A stretch of DNA of 51,067 bases from Cyanobacteria bacterium J06598_1 (GCA_038529685.1 JBCBDN010000001.1:1-51067); one strand, 5' to 3'; positions 19,219 through 29,249 are shown, counted from the stretch's first letter. A program made the numbers and translations. The notes: generated by a model not told the origin, from the letters alone.

Positions 19219-21471
19219 ATGGCAGTAGCGCAGTGGATTTCTGGTCCGACCCGCAGCGGCAGAACACAGCAGCTGATAGAGTTTGCTGCGCAAACGGGGG
19301 CCGAGCAAAGACAGCCACTGCTAGTGTTTGCAGCCAATGGAGACAACCGCATCGCACTGGCCAATCGGCTAACCGACGCTTTGGGCGACAGCACCGCAAC
19401 CCTCACAACTTCACCCGCTGGATTCATCCAAGACGAGATCATTCTTTTTTGGCCGTTGCTGGTACAACAGCTTGACGAAGTTCAGGCGCAGTTTCCACTG
19501 AAGCTCAGACCTGAAAACGAGCAGGTGCTGGCTACAGAGCTATGGCAATCACAGATCGATAGCGGCGCGTTGCAGGTGGAGGGGTGGCGAGAATCTCGCA
19601 TCGTGCGGCGATCTCTAGACTTTTTACAGCTAGCCTCTCAAGCAGGCGTTCCTATCGAAGACATTCCAGCCATGCTGAAAGCAGGAATGCCCGGTTCACT
19701 CGCGCCCGCTGCGATTTGGGACAATGTGGGCGCGGCGCTAGTAACCTGGCAAAACTGGTGCTTGCAGCGCGGGCTGCTGACCTACGGCATTATGAGCACG
19801 CTGTACTGGCGGCACCTGTTGCCGATGCGACCATATCAGCTTCAGCTATTTGCCCGATTCAAAGGCGTCCTAGCTGACGATGTTGATGAATATCCGGCCA
19901 TCAGCGCCGCCATCTTTTCTAAATTTATCGAGGCTAAGCGTCCCTGCCTTTTTACCTACAATCCTCAGGGGAAAGTGCGGCTGGGCCTAGGCGCAGACCC
20001 AGATGCTTTACGGCCGCTGGCCGCTCGCTGCGAAGTGATAGAGCTGGCGCTACCCACAGCAAATTCACTGGGTAAGTGGGGAGATGCTTTTGCCGAGTGG
20101 GTAGAAGATCCACTGGCCATTCCGGCGCTGCCCGAAGAGGTGTCTTTGCTACAGGCGACTTCTCGGGGGCAAATGCTGCGGACCACGGCTGAGGCGATCG
20201 CTCGCGCCATTGAAAGTGGTCAAGTGCACACTGACGAGATCGCGGTGATAGGTCCGGGTCTCGATGCAATTGGACGCTATAGCCTGATTGAAATTTTGAG
20301 CAGTCGCGGCATCGCACTGGAGTCGCTAAACGATCAGCGGCCTTTGGTAAGTTCACCGATGGTGCGGGCACTGCTGTCTTTGCTGGCATTGGTTTATCCG
20401 GGGTTGGGGCGGCTGGTGGATCGAGATGCGATCGCTGAAATGCTTGTCGTGATCAGTCAAAGCCTCTCAGGATTAGCCGGTGCCACGACACTACCGACAG
20501 CTTCAACCGTATCCGAGCAAGCGCCACCTTCAACATCAAGAGCATCACAAGGGCCAGAACATAGCAATGAAACCGAAGTCTGGTTCGACCTAATTGCCAT
20601 CGACCCGGTACGCGCCGAACTCATTGCCGACAACTGCTTTGTCCCTGATATCGAAAATCCGCACCTGCTCCCGGTTGAAACCTTTGCTCGCTGGGACCGC
20701 CTAGGCTATCAAACCGTCAACGCCTATCAGCAAATTTTGAAGTGGATAGACGATCAACAGCGCCTGCAGCAGCAGCGTCTTGCGCTCAATCCACGCAAAC
20801 CGCTCGAACCGATTACAACCGTTGATCGCATCATTCAAGACTTTTTGTGGCGCGGCAATCGTCTCCCTTACGACCAGCTCGCCACCTTGCGCGAGCTGAT
20901 GGAAACCGCTCAATACTTTTGGGAGGTAGAAGACCGGCTAAAACTCACCGACGGCAAACGGCCCAAAGCTGAACCACCCAAACTCAGCGATGTCGGCAGA
21001 TTCATTCAGCTCATTCAAAAAGGCACCGTATCGGCCAATCCCTATCCGGTAAATCCGCTTTCTCTGGGGAGAAAAGGCGTAACGCTCTCCACCATTTATC
21101 AGTACCGGGCCCAGCGGCTGAGCCACCGATGGCAGTTCTGGTTAGACGCTGGGTCGCCGCTTTGGGAGAGCAGCGCGGGTGAACTCTTTGGTGCGCCGCT
21201 GTTTTTGCAAAGCTGGCCCGGTCGCCAAATTACGCTGGCCGAAATTGAAGCGGCCAATGAAGCTAATCTCAATCGCACCCTGCACGATTTGCTAGGGCGT
21301 GCGACCGAAAAAGTGTTGCTGTGTCACAGTGAGCTGGCCCTCACCGGACAAGAGCAGATGGGCCCGCTGCTATCGCTGGTGGGCGCAGCGCAACCAGCAG
21401 ATGAGTCTTTAGTGCCTGCTGCTTTAGATCGAGATCCGCTGTCGGCGCCTCTAGCGGAGATAAGCGCATGA
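19219..21471 (+). CDS. conserved cyanobacterial protein with a degenerate SF1 (UvrD/AddB-like) helicase fold
   Basis: N-terminal GPTRSGRT (Walker A-like), VLADDVDEY (Walker B-like), C-terminal LSTIYQYR and LLGRATEKVLL (motif V/VI-like). Confidence 0.75.
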   Translation: MAVAQWISGPTRSGRTQQLIEFAAQTGAEQRQPLLVFAANGDNRIALANRLTDALGDSTATLTTSPAGFIQDEIILFWPLLVQQLDEVQAQFPLKLRPENEQVLATELWQSQIDSGALQVEGWRESRIVRRSLDFLQLASQAGVPIEDIPAMLKAGMPGSLAPAAIWDNVGAALVTWQNWCLQRGLLTYGIMSTLYWRHLLPMRPYQLQLFARFKGVLADDVDEYPAISAAIFSKFIEAKRPCLFTYNPQGKVRLGLGADPDALRPLAARCEVIELALPTANSLGKWGDAFAEWVEDPLAIPALPEEVSLLQATSRGQMLRTTAEAIARAIESGQVHTDEIAVIGPGLDAIGRYSLIEILSSRGIALESLNDQRPLVSSPMVRALLSLLALVYPGLGRLVDRDAIAEMLVVISQSLSGLAGATTLPTASTVSEQAPPSTSRASQGPEHSNETEVWFDLIAIDPVRAELIADNCFVPDIENPHLLPVETFARWDRLGYQTVNAYQQILKWIDDQQRLQQQRLALNPRKPLEPITTVDRIIQDFLWRGNRLPYDQLATLRELMETAQYFWEVEDRLKLTDGKRPKAEPPKLSDVGRFIQLIQKGTVSANPYPVNPLSLGRKGVTLSTIYQYRAQRLSHRWQFWLDAGSPLWESSAGELFGAPLFLQSWPGRQITLAEIEAANEANLNRTLHDLLGRATEKVLLCHSELALTGQEQMGPLLSLVGAAQPADESLVPAALDRDPLSAPLAEISA

Positions 21472-22178
21472 GCTTTTCTGATCCACCCGGAGGCGATCGC
21501 CCACCCATCGATAGCAAAAGCCTCAAAGGCAAAACAGCCGCTGAGCTATTTCCGTCGGATGGAAAGGGAATTTCGCCCTATCACCCTCGACAGCTGCTCG
21601 ATATTTTTGTCGCACCTCGAGACTTTTTTATCGCGGGTGCCACTCTCGGAAAATCTCTGAACTGCACGCTGGCAGCGTGGCTGATGGGATTTGTTGCTCT
21701 TTTTTATGTGGTGTTAGGAGATACTTTTCTGACGATGGAAGGAGAAGCCAGTCAGCTACCGCCGGAACTGTTGCAATCTTGGGCACAGTTATGGACAACA
21801 TTGCTGGTCGGTGGCGCTATTGTGGGCGTGTTTGTTTGGGTGGTCGGCGGCTGGTGGTTTCAGATGCGGGTGCTGCTGTCGGGTGCGCCTAAGCCAGATT
21901 TACGACTTTCGAGGCTGGTGTTTGTGTATGCGGGGTTGGCGCGATCGCTGCCACCGCTGATTATGCTGGTCCTCTGGACGCTCCGCTATCCCAACTATGC
22001 GGCAGTTCCCACGCGGGAAGTTTTTATTGGCGCTACGCTTTGTCTGGTGTTTGCGTTTGGAGAGCTTACGAGTGCTTATGTAGGCGTGAATACGCTGTTT
22101 AAGGTGGATGGTGTGCGATCGCTCATTTGGTTCATCGTAGGCCCTGCTGCTTGGTACGTTATCTCATTAGGTCTGTAG
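21468..22178 (+). CDS. Yip1-like multi-pass membrane protein
   Basis: 236 aa with about 5 TMs and an N-terminal IFVAPRDFF motif; ATGA overlap with the upstream stop. Confidence 0.7.
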   Translation: MSFSDPPGGDRPPIDSKSLKGKTAAELFPSDGKGISPYHPRQLLDIFVAPRDFFIAGATLGKSLNCTLAAWLMGFVALFYVVLGDTFLTMEGEASQLPPELLQSWAQLWTTLLVGGAIVGVFVWVVGGWWFQMRVLLSGAPKPDLRLSRLVFVYAGLARSLPPLIMLVLWTLRYPNYAAVPTREVFIGATLCLVFAFGELTSAYVGVNTLFKVDGVRSLIWFIVGPAAWYVISLGL

Positions 22179-22200
22179 AAGAGAGACCTGATAATAGCAT

Positions 22201-23406
22201 TCACGCAGCAGGGACAGGCATTTGTTGGGACGCAGGCATTTGCTGCTCTAGTAAGCCAGACAGGTTAAGGCGAGCCACTGATAAATTTGGATTGAGTGCG
22301 ATTGCCTTACGATAGGCCACAGCGGCGCGTTCAAAGTCACCTTGCATTTGCCAAATAGCACCTAGATTACAGTGTGCTTGAGCTAGGTGAGGATTGAGCT
22401 GCAACAGTTTTTCAAACGTATCGATCGCCTGCTCTGTAGCGCCCATGAGGTGGTAAGCCTTACCCAGCTGATTGCAAGCAGCGATGTAGTTTTCTCTGAG
22501 TGCGATCGCTTGCTGAAAGGAACTGACCGCCGCCGACAGATTGTTTTGCTGCATCTGCTTGCGGCCTTTTACAAACCAAGTTTTAGCAAATTGAACCGTT
22601 TCTAGCTGCGCTTTATTCTGTTGCTTTAGACGAAACTTGCCAGAGTCCTCGTCTACTTCTAAAAAGACGGTATCTGCCAGACCTCGGCGCAGCAGGGCTT
22701 GCCGAACTGCCTTTGCTGAGCCCTGACACTGCTGCTCTCGGCGCTGATAGGAGAGTCCTTGAACGTTCAGCCGATAGAAGTATAGCGGCTCTTCTAAATG
22801 ATAAATCTGAGTGATTTCTGAAATTCTTAAAAAGAGATCGTAATCCTCGGCGCACACTATTTCGAGGTTGAAGCCATCTACCGCATCAAAAATGGTCTGC
22901 CTCACCAGCCGAAAGTGAAAGGTGAGCAAATCTATCAGCAGCCGCTGCGGACTGTAGGGAATTTTGCAGCGATAATTCAGCCCTAAAGCCTGCCCTGACT
23001 CATCGACATCGATGTGATTGGTGTACACCATTCCATACTGTGGATGCTGCTGTAAGCACTCAACGGTTTCCTGTAGGGCGCTCGGGGCCAGAAAATCATC
23101 GGCATCTAGCCAGCCGACAAACTCGCCCCTGGTCAGGGCATGAGCTCGTTCTAAAGACTTGCCTTGGCCCCTATTTTCAACGCCATCATAAAAGCGTATA
23201 CGGGCATCGCGCTCGGCGTAGGTACGGGCGATCGCACCAGAGCTATCGGTTGAACCATCGTCCCAAAGGATCAGCTCCCACGATTGAAAGGTTTGCGCCA
23301 GTAAGGAATCTAGCGCTTTTGAAAGGTATGCATCCGTGTTGTAAACCGTCATTACCAAAGAAACAACAGGGCTATGTTCGGCTTCAGGGTGCAGATTTTG
23401 TGCCAC
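22201..23406 (-). CDS. family 2 glycosyltransferase with C-terminal TPR repeats
   Basis: SLVMTVYN, WDDGSTD, WLDADD, AEDYDLFLR, followed by about 3 TPRs. Confidence 0.9.
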   Translation of the reverse strand: MAQNLHPEAEHSPVVSLVMTVYNTDAYLSKALDSLLAQTFQSWELILWDDGSTDSSGAIARTYAERDARIRFYDGVENRGQGKSLERAHALTRGEFVGWLDADDFLAPSALQETVECLQQHPQYGMVYTNHIDVDESGQALGLNYRCKIPYSPQRLLIDLLTFHFRLVRQTIFDAVDGFNLEIVCAEDYDLFLRISEITQIYHLEEPLYFYRLNVQGLSYQRREQQCQGSAKAVRQALLRRGLADTVFLEVDEDSGKFRLKQQNKAQLETVQFAKTWFVKGRKQMQQNNLSAAVSSFQQAIALRENYIAACNQLGKAYHLMGATEQAIDTFEKLLQLNPHLAQAHCNLGAIWQMQGDFERAAVAYRKAIALNPNLSVARLNLSGLLEQQMPASQQMPVPAA

Positions 23407-23637
23407 AGGTTCTATTCATCAAGTTCTATTGCTGATAGGCTTCCCAACCGGTACGCCGATCAATCTGTCTTCATTCAATTAACTTGATATCAATCGCCAC
23501 AGCCGTTCTCATTGCTGAGCACCTGACGGTAGGCCAGATGCAATAAGTGGGCTATTTCTGGGAGGTTGGCTCAGAAGGTTTGCGATAGGCTAGAGGTATC
23601 AAACGCAATCGTTTTGCCACCGCATTAGGCTTCAGAC

Positions 23638-24378
23638 ATGGCTACTAGCGTCGCATCCGCTACCGCAGACTTTTCCAACAAAGAACTTTTTGAGTATTGG
23701 TTTGGCCGGGTTACTTTCAAAAACGAAGCCCTTATCGGCGCGCCGGGTCACGTCAAAACGCCGACGCTAAGACACGAGTGCACAAACTACGACAGCCTGT
23801 GGAAAAGCGCGCCGGTTCAAAACTTACCGGGGCTTGAGCAAGACCGCATGGTCGCGGTGATTAAGTACGTGTGCACCTCTCGCGTGCTGCAAAAGCGGGC
23901 AACGCTGCTGAGAGCAACCATCTCCGACATTGAGGGCAGCTATCAGGCGCTAGAGGCAGAAAGGTCGAATCTGGCAAGGCTGATTCTGCGCTTCAAGCAG
24001 GCTTTGTTTGGGAAAGAACAGGAGGCGATCACACTCAAGTCAAAAATTCAGGCCCTCACCACCGAAAACGAAGCTCTCAAAGCAGACGCTGAATCTAGCA
24101 AAGCCTATGCTGAGCTGCTCGAAAATTTTGAAGCCCTGCAAAAAGCCTTTGACAAAGAAGCAAAACGTCGCAAAGAGCTGGGCAAAAACAATCAAAGCCT
24201 GGGCGGACGCGTGGCCCACACCAAGCGCTTTAGAAGAGAACGCGATGAGGCCAGAGCAATTTTGGCAGAGCAAAAGGAACAGATTGCCGAACTTCAGCAG
24301 CTCAACCAAACCCTGCAAACGCAAAACGAAGACTTGACTCGTCAGCTCGCGCAGCAACCTATGCCCACCGTCTCATGA
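23638..24378 (+). CDS. hypothetical protein: globular N-terminus (LRHECTNYD motif) and long coiled coil
   Basis: 246 aa ORF with heptad-rich C-terminal two thirds. Confidence 0.8.
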   Translation: MATSVASATADFSNKELFEYWFGRVTFKNEALIGAPGHVKTPTLRHECTNYDSLWKSAPVQNLPGLEQDRMVAVIKYVCTSRVLQKRATLLRATISDIEGSYQALEAERSNLARLILRFKQALFGKEQEAITLKSKIQALTTENEALKADAESSKAYAELLENFEALQKAFDKEAKRRKELGKNNQSLGGRVAHTKRFRRERDEARAILAEQKEQIAELQQLNQTLQTQNEDLTRQLAQQPMPTVS

Positions 24379-24824
24379 AGCTCACCGAACTCAAAGCAGC
24401 GGTCTACAAGCTGGCGAAAGTCAGCACGACCAAACAGCTAAAAGCGCAGAACAAAGTTATTAAGACTTTAGATCTACGCTACAAGGCCTCTTGGGAAAAG
24501 GCACTGGCCCAGCTGCGTGATGCTACGCCCCAAAAAGCTGAAGAATCAGCATCTAAAGCGTTAGAGGAATCTAATCCATCGGGAGGCTTTGAAGCGTGGG
24601 TAAGCAATCCGCTAGGCGAATTTGGTGAACTGTTTGCTGAGGCAGATGCGGCGCTAGGAAGCTTCGATGAAAAGCTGGCCAAAACCAAGCAGCTGACCCA
24701 ACGGGCGATCGCCATGACCCAAAGCCTAGATGAATTTGCAGAGGCTAGCTTGGACGAAGCCAAACGCCTTGCGAAAACCGTAAGACGAACGATAGATACG
24801 GGTAAAGAAGCCGATTTAAACTAG
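24375..24824 (+). CDS. hypothetical protein with basic N-terminal helical domain and acidic C-terminus
   Basis: 149 aa ORF; ATGA overlap with the upstream gene. Confidence 0.8.
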   Translation: MKLTELKAAVYKLAKVSTTKQLKAQNKVIKTLDLRYKASWEKALAQLRDATPQKAEESASKALEESNPSGGFEAWVSNPLGEFGELFAEADAALGSFDEKLAKTKQLTQRAIAMTQSLDEFAEASLDEAKRLAKTVRRTIDTGKEADLN

Positions 24825-24909
24825 CGAAAAGTAAGCGGATTGGAGCAAAAAGAGGCACGATCGCCCTACAGCCTCAGGGAAGGTCACAAGGCAATCACCC
24901 CTATCCAAT

Positions 24910-25353
24910 CTACTGATTACCGCCAGCTTGACGACCACCTTCCCGGCGACCGCCACGACGACCGCGCTGTTCATGCATTTCTTCGAGCTGCGCCTGCTGC
25001 TCAGCTGTGAGCACGCCTTTGATTTCTTCGCGTGAGGCTTCACGAATGCTGCGGAGCTGCTCGCGCTGACTTTCGCTCAAGTCAAGCTGACGAAACGCTC
25101 TACGGCCCTGATTTTCACTGTTTTCTAGCTGAGTGCGCTGCTCAGCGGTCAATACGGACTGCATTTGGCTGCGGGTGCCCTCGCGAATCGCCTCAATATC
25201 AGCCGTTTGAGCTTCGCTTAAGTCGAGCTGCTCTAAATGGTGGCCCCGGCGACCGCCTTCAGCATGGGCGCTGTGAGTCATCGCCAAAGGAACAGCGAGT
25301 AGAGAAAGGGTTGCGATCGCGCCAAAGGAAACAGCTTTAAGATTGAATTTCAT
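24910..25353 (-). CDS. Spy/CpxP family periplasmic chaperone (LTXXQ motif)
   Basis: Signal peptide ending AHA; LDLSEAQ, VLTAEQR, LDLSESQ, VLTAEQQ repeats. Confidence 0.9.
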   Translation of the reverse strand: MKFNLKAVSFGAIATLSLLAVPLAMTHSAHAEGGRRGHHLEQLDLSEAQTADIEAIREGTRSQMQSVLTAEQRTQLENSENQGRRAFRQLDLSESQREQLRSIREASREEIKGVLTAEQQAQLEEMHEQRGRRGGRREGGRQAGGNQ

Positions 25354-25474
25354 GGGTTTAAGTAGGTTGTGTAGGTGTTCGAGCCAGATATTTTGAGGCT
25401 TTCCTCTTCCGGCATGTGCCTAATCTACGAAACAGGCAGGTCATATGAGAGGCGGCAAAGGTCATGAGTGCACC

Positions 25475-25490
25475 CATGACTAAAGTCATG
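25475..25490. promoter_or_regulatory. perfect palindrome CATGACT-AA-AGTCATG, candidate operator for the adjacent NarL-type regulator
   Basis: 7-2-7 inverted repeat between divergent genes, with additional AGGTCAT half-sites at about 25438-25444 and 25459-25465. Confidence 0.6.
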
Positions 25491-25577
25491 ATCCGGTCGT
25501 GATTCGATCGTAAAGCTCAAAAAACAGAGGGAAATAAGGAAAGATTACAAGCAGAAGACAGCACAGCCACTAAAGGT

Positions 25578-26879
25578 ATGAACCGCGCTATTGGGCTCCA
25601 CAATCATCCGTTTCGTTTCTTGCTCTATTTGGAGTGGGGACTGCTAGCCGTCGCCATTATCAGTGCGTTAGAGTCGCCGCCCGCACGGTTTGGCCGCCGC
25701 GCTCTGCTGGGATCTGGGAGAGGCGGTCCAGGGGGAGGGCCCTTTCATCATGGCCCTCCTCTCGGCTGGCATCACAGCCCGTTTTTTGCAGTTGCTGCCA
25801 TCATCTTGTTTGGCCTCATGGGCCTATATTTACCTGCGCGGCCTATCCCCAAGCTAGGACATACCCTAGGGCAGTTTTTACTAGTCCTCGGATCTTCTGC
25901 AACGGTCTTAAACGATGGTCGAACATTTCCATTGATCTACTTAATACTGGTCATTCGCGGGTGCCTAATGTACGGCCTTGCAGGACGGCTAATGCTCACC
26001 GGGACAGCGTTTGTGCTATTTGTAGGCGGGCTGAGCCTGCGACTGCGATCGCTCTCTGGCATCGGTCGGCGCCTACCGCCCGATGCCAGAGAGCGCCTCC
26101 AGGGACTGATCATGGGCCTCCAGCTCAACTTCATCATCCTCTTTGGGCTCTCCCTACTGCTGGTCGTGCTCCTAATCAACGCACTGCTGACCGAACGTCA
26201 GAGCCAGCAGCGCCTCCAAAAAGCCAACCAAACGCTGAGGAAATCAGCCCAAGACATCGAAAAGCTCGCTATGGACCAAGAGCGCAGCCGCATCGCCCGC
26301 GACATTCACGACGCCCTCGGCCACTCCCTCACCGCCCTGAATATTCAGATAGAAAGCGCCGCTAAACTCTGGGAAAAAGACCCCAACAGAGCCCAGCAGT
26401 TTCTAGTCAACGCCAAACGCCTAGGCACCCAGTCCTTACAAGAAGTGCGCCAGTCTGTCGCCGCCCTCCGGCAAGATCCCTTAGCCGGCCAGTCATTAGA
26501 AAGTGCGATCGCCCACCTGATTCAAGACATCCAAGCCAACCCCACCCAAAATCTCGCCATTGCCCACAAAATCACCTTGGCAACGCCCTTGCCCAACACG
26601 CTCAAAATTCTGCTGTACCGCATTGTGCAAGAGAGCCTCACCAACATTGTGAAACACGCCGAGGCCAGCCAAGTTCAGCTACAGCTGAATGGATCAGCCG
26701 CCATCGTCACATTAACCCTAGAAGATAACGGCAAAGGGTTTGATATAGACCAAGCCAAAACAGGATTTGGCTTGCAGAGTATGCGCGATCGCGCCGAAGC
26801 CGTTAGCGGCACCTTTACCCTCAACAGCTCATCCCAAGGCACCCGACTACAGGTCAGCCTCCCCATCCAAAGAAGATAG
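25578..26879 (+). CDS. membrane sensor histidine kinase (HisKA_3, NarX/DesK type)
   Basis: ERSRIARDIHDALGHSLT H-box, YRIVQESLTNIVKHA N-box, EDNGKGF, GFGLQSMRDR. Confidence 0.93.
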   Translation: MNRAIGLHNHPFRFLLYLEWGLLAVAIISALESPPARFGRRALLGSGRGGPGGGPFHHGPPLGWHHSPFFAVAAIILFGLMGLYLPARPIPKLGHTLGQFLLVLGSSATVLNDGRTFPLIYLILVIRGCLMYGLAGRLMLTGTAFVLFVGGLSLRLRSLSGIGRRLPPDARERLQGLIMGLQLNFIILFGLSLLLVVLLINALLTERQSQQRLQKANQTLRKSAQDIEKLAMDQERSRIARDIHDALGHSLTALNIQIESAAKLWEKDPNRAQQFLVNAKRLGTQSLQEVRQSVAALRQDPLAGQSLESAIAHLIQDIQANPTQNLAIAHKITLATPLPNTLKILLYRIVQESLTNIVKHAEASQVQLQLNGSAAIVTLTLEDNGKGFDIDQAKTGFGLQSMRDRAEAVSGTFTLNSSSQGTRLQVSLPIQRR

Positions 26880-26883
26880 CGTC

Positions 26884-27540
26884 ATGATCAACATCCTTCT
26901 CGTCGAAGACCAACAGCTCATCCGCGAAGGCCTCAGCGCCCTGCTGTCGCTCGAAGCAGGCCTCACCATCACCGGCGAAGCCGAAAACGGCCAGCTCGCC
27001 CTAGACCACCTCGCCCAACTCCCCCCCGAAAACCTCCCCCACATCGCTCTCATGGACCTGCGCATGCCCATCATGGACGGCGTCGCCACCACCCGTGCGA
27101 TCGCCCAGCACTACCCCACCATCAAAACCCTCGTCCTCACCACCTTCGACGACGACGAGCTAATCACCCAATCCATGAACGCAGGCGCCCAGGGCTACCT
27201 CCTCAAAGACACCCCCAGCGAAGAACTCGCTCAATCCATCCGCGCCGTCGCCAAAGGCTACAGCCAGTTTGGCCCCGGCATCCTCCAAAAAATAACCCCC
27301 CAACTCACCCAACCGGCAAGCCCTCAACCCGCCACCCTTCCGCCAGAAATAGCCGCCCTCACCCCCCGAGAAAAAGAAGTCCTCACCCTGATCGGCCAAG
27401 GCGCCAGCAACAAAGAAATCGCCCAACAGCTCTACCTCACAGAAGGCACCATCAAAAACCACGTCACCCGCATCCTCAGCCAGCTAGATTTACGCGATCG
27501 CACCCAAGCCGCCCTCACAGCCTCCCAATGGAATCTGTAG
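26884..27540 (+). CDS. NarL/LuxR family response regulator
   Basis: ATG at 26884 (MINILLVEDQ), LMDLRMP, GYLLKD, LTPREKEVL HTH. Confidence 0.93.
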   Translation: MINILLVEDQQLIREGLSALLSLEAGLTITGEAENGQLALDHLAQLPPENLPHIALMDLRMPIMDGVATTRAIAQHYPTIKTLVLTTFDDDELITQSMNAGAQGYLLKDTPSEELAQSIRAVAKGYSQFGPGILQKITPQLTQPASPQPATLPPEIAALTPREKEVLTLIGQGASNKEIAQQLYLTEGTIKNHVTRILSQLDLRDRTQAALTASQWNL

Positions 27541-27604
27541 TAGAGCCTGCAATACCCGCCCAACCCACCATCCCCACAAAGCCAACAAATCCCATGCGCA
27601 CTTT

Positions 27605-27634
27605 CGGGGGGTCTGGGGGAGCCTGGGCCCCCAG
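27605..27634. repeat. GC-rich REP-like hairpin (CGGGGGGTCTGGGGG...CCCCCAG)
   Basis: Stem CTGGGGG 27613-27619 / CCCCCAG 27628-27634, intergenic. Confidence 0.45.
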
Positions 27635-27696
27635 GCAGCACCTTGAGATATAAGCAAAGGAGGGTCTAAGGGAGGAAATCCCTTTCTCTGATCGCC

Positions 27697-27717
27697 TTGC
27701 CTCTTGCCTCTTGCCTC
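27697..27717. repeat. STRR-like heptamer tandem repeat (TTGCCTC)x3
   Basis: Three exact copies. Heptamer tandem repeats are typical of filamentous cyanobacteria. Confidence 0.7.
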
Positions 27718-27984
27718 TTATCACCCAATCTCCACAAAAAACCTCACCCCAACCATAAGAACCCGCCCGAAATAGGGTACAACTAGGCAGTCAGCAAACA
27801 ACAGGCAAAGTTGATACATCCATCAAGCCACTTATTTACAGCATTTCAAATAAATAGCTTGACGAATGTCACCGACATTGCTCTAATTTGACTACCTTAC
27901 TCGGCACCATCTACCCAAGTAGCGTTCCAACACCTACAAATCCCGGTCCCACAGCCTGAAACAGCACACACGCTAACACTTCCT

Positions 27985-28752
27985 ATGAAGCCTTCCCATC
28001 ACGCTGAGCCCACTCAAAGCGCATCCACCCGCTACGCCCCCTCCGTACCCATGTCGGTATACCGGGAACTAGCCGCCGAACTGCGGGCCAACAAAGCCGT
28101 CATCGACTCCCTCAACAGCCGCAACCAGCAGCTATTGAACCAAAACCAACGGCTCAAGCAAGAAATTCATAGCGTCGTTCAAGCCACCCTCAACCTCGGC
28201 CAAGTCGCCGGCGTCGCCCGCCCAAACACCCCAGACGAATTCCCCAGCGCGATCGCACCCGACACCCTCGCCAAACTCGTCCGCGCCCAAGGCGAAGCCC
28301 GCAAAACCCTCCCCACCGACACCACAGGCGGCACACAGCCAAATCCACCCCGTACAGCAGCAGAGCCCACAGCCGCCACCTACGGCATTACCCCACAACC
28401 AGAAACCGCACCCACCCCTCAATCAACGCCTCAACCCCGCCGAGTCCCTCGCCCCATCCAAAACACAGCCCCTCAGACCATCCAAAAAAGAAAAGTAAAA
28501 AAGGCAGCCAAGTCCACAGCCCGCGTGCAGCCCACACGTCAGCCCAACCAGCCCACAGCCATCATCCCCCAGGCCAACCCCCTACCCAAGCTATTCACCG
28601 AGCAAACCGGAGAATATCGGAGCGCCAACCCAGACAGCGGCGAAGAAAAAGAAATCGGCGGCATTTGGCTAGCCCTTTCTATCATTTTGATTATCGTCAC
28701 CGCCTTTGGCGCAGGGTTCTTAATTATGAAGCCCTTGCTAAACGACCGTTAA
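27985..28752 (+). CDS. hypothetical protein: N-terminal coiled coil, P/T-rich linker, C-terminal TM anchor
   Basis: PSVPMSVYRELAAEL motif and C-terminal IIVTAFGAGFLI. Confidence 0.8.
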   Translation: MKPSHHAEPTQSASTRYAPSVPMSVYRELAAELRANKAVIDSLNSRNQQLLNQNQRLKQEIHSVVQATLNLGQVAGVARPNTPDEFPSAIAPDTLAKLVRAQGEARKTLPTDTTGGTQPNPPRTAAEPTAATYGITPQPETAPTPQSTPQPRRVPRPIQNTAPQTIQKRKVKKAAKSTARVQPTRQPNQPTAIIPQANPLPKLFTEQTGEYRSANPDSGEEKEIGGIWLALSIILIIVTAFGAGFLIMKPLLNDR

Positions 28753-29142
<390 letters not shown>

Positions 29143-29182
29143 GCAGCACTATTCAAGCTATTCAGTACGCTCAGCAATAGAT

Positions 29183-29218
29183 AAAAGGGGGATAGTTCGC
29201 TATCTCCCTTTTTTGTTT
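29183..29218 (+). terminator. intrinsic terminator after glnB
   Basis: AAAAGGGGGATAG-TTCG-CTATCTCCCTTTTTTGTTT. Confidence 0.85.
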
Positions 29219-29249
29219 CCGCCCTTTTATTCAGCACCTTTCAGAGACC

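Noticed and set aside
26767-26883. N-terminal extension of the response regulator in the ORF track
   Set aside because: It overlaps the kinase gene; the receiver domain starts at ATG 26884.
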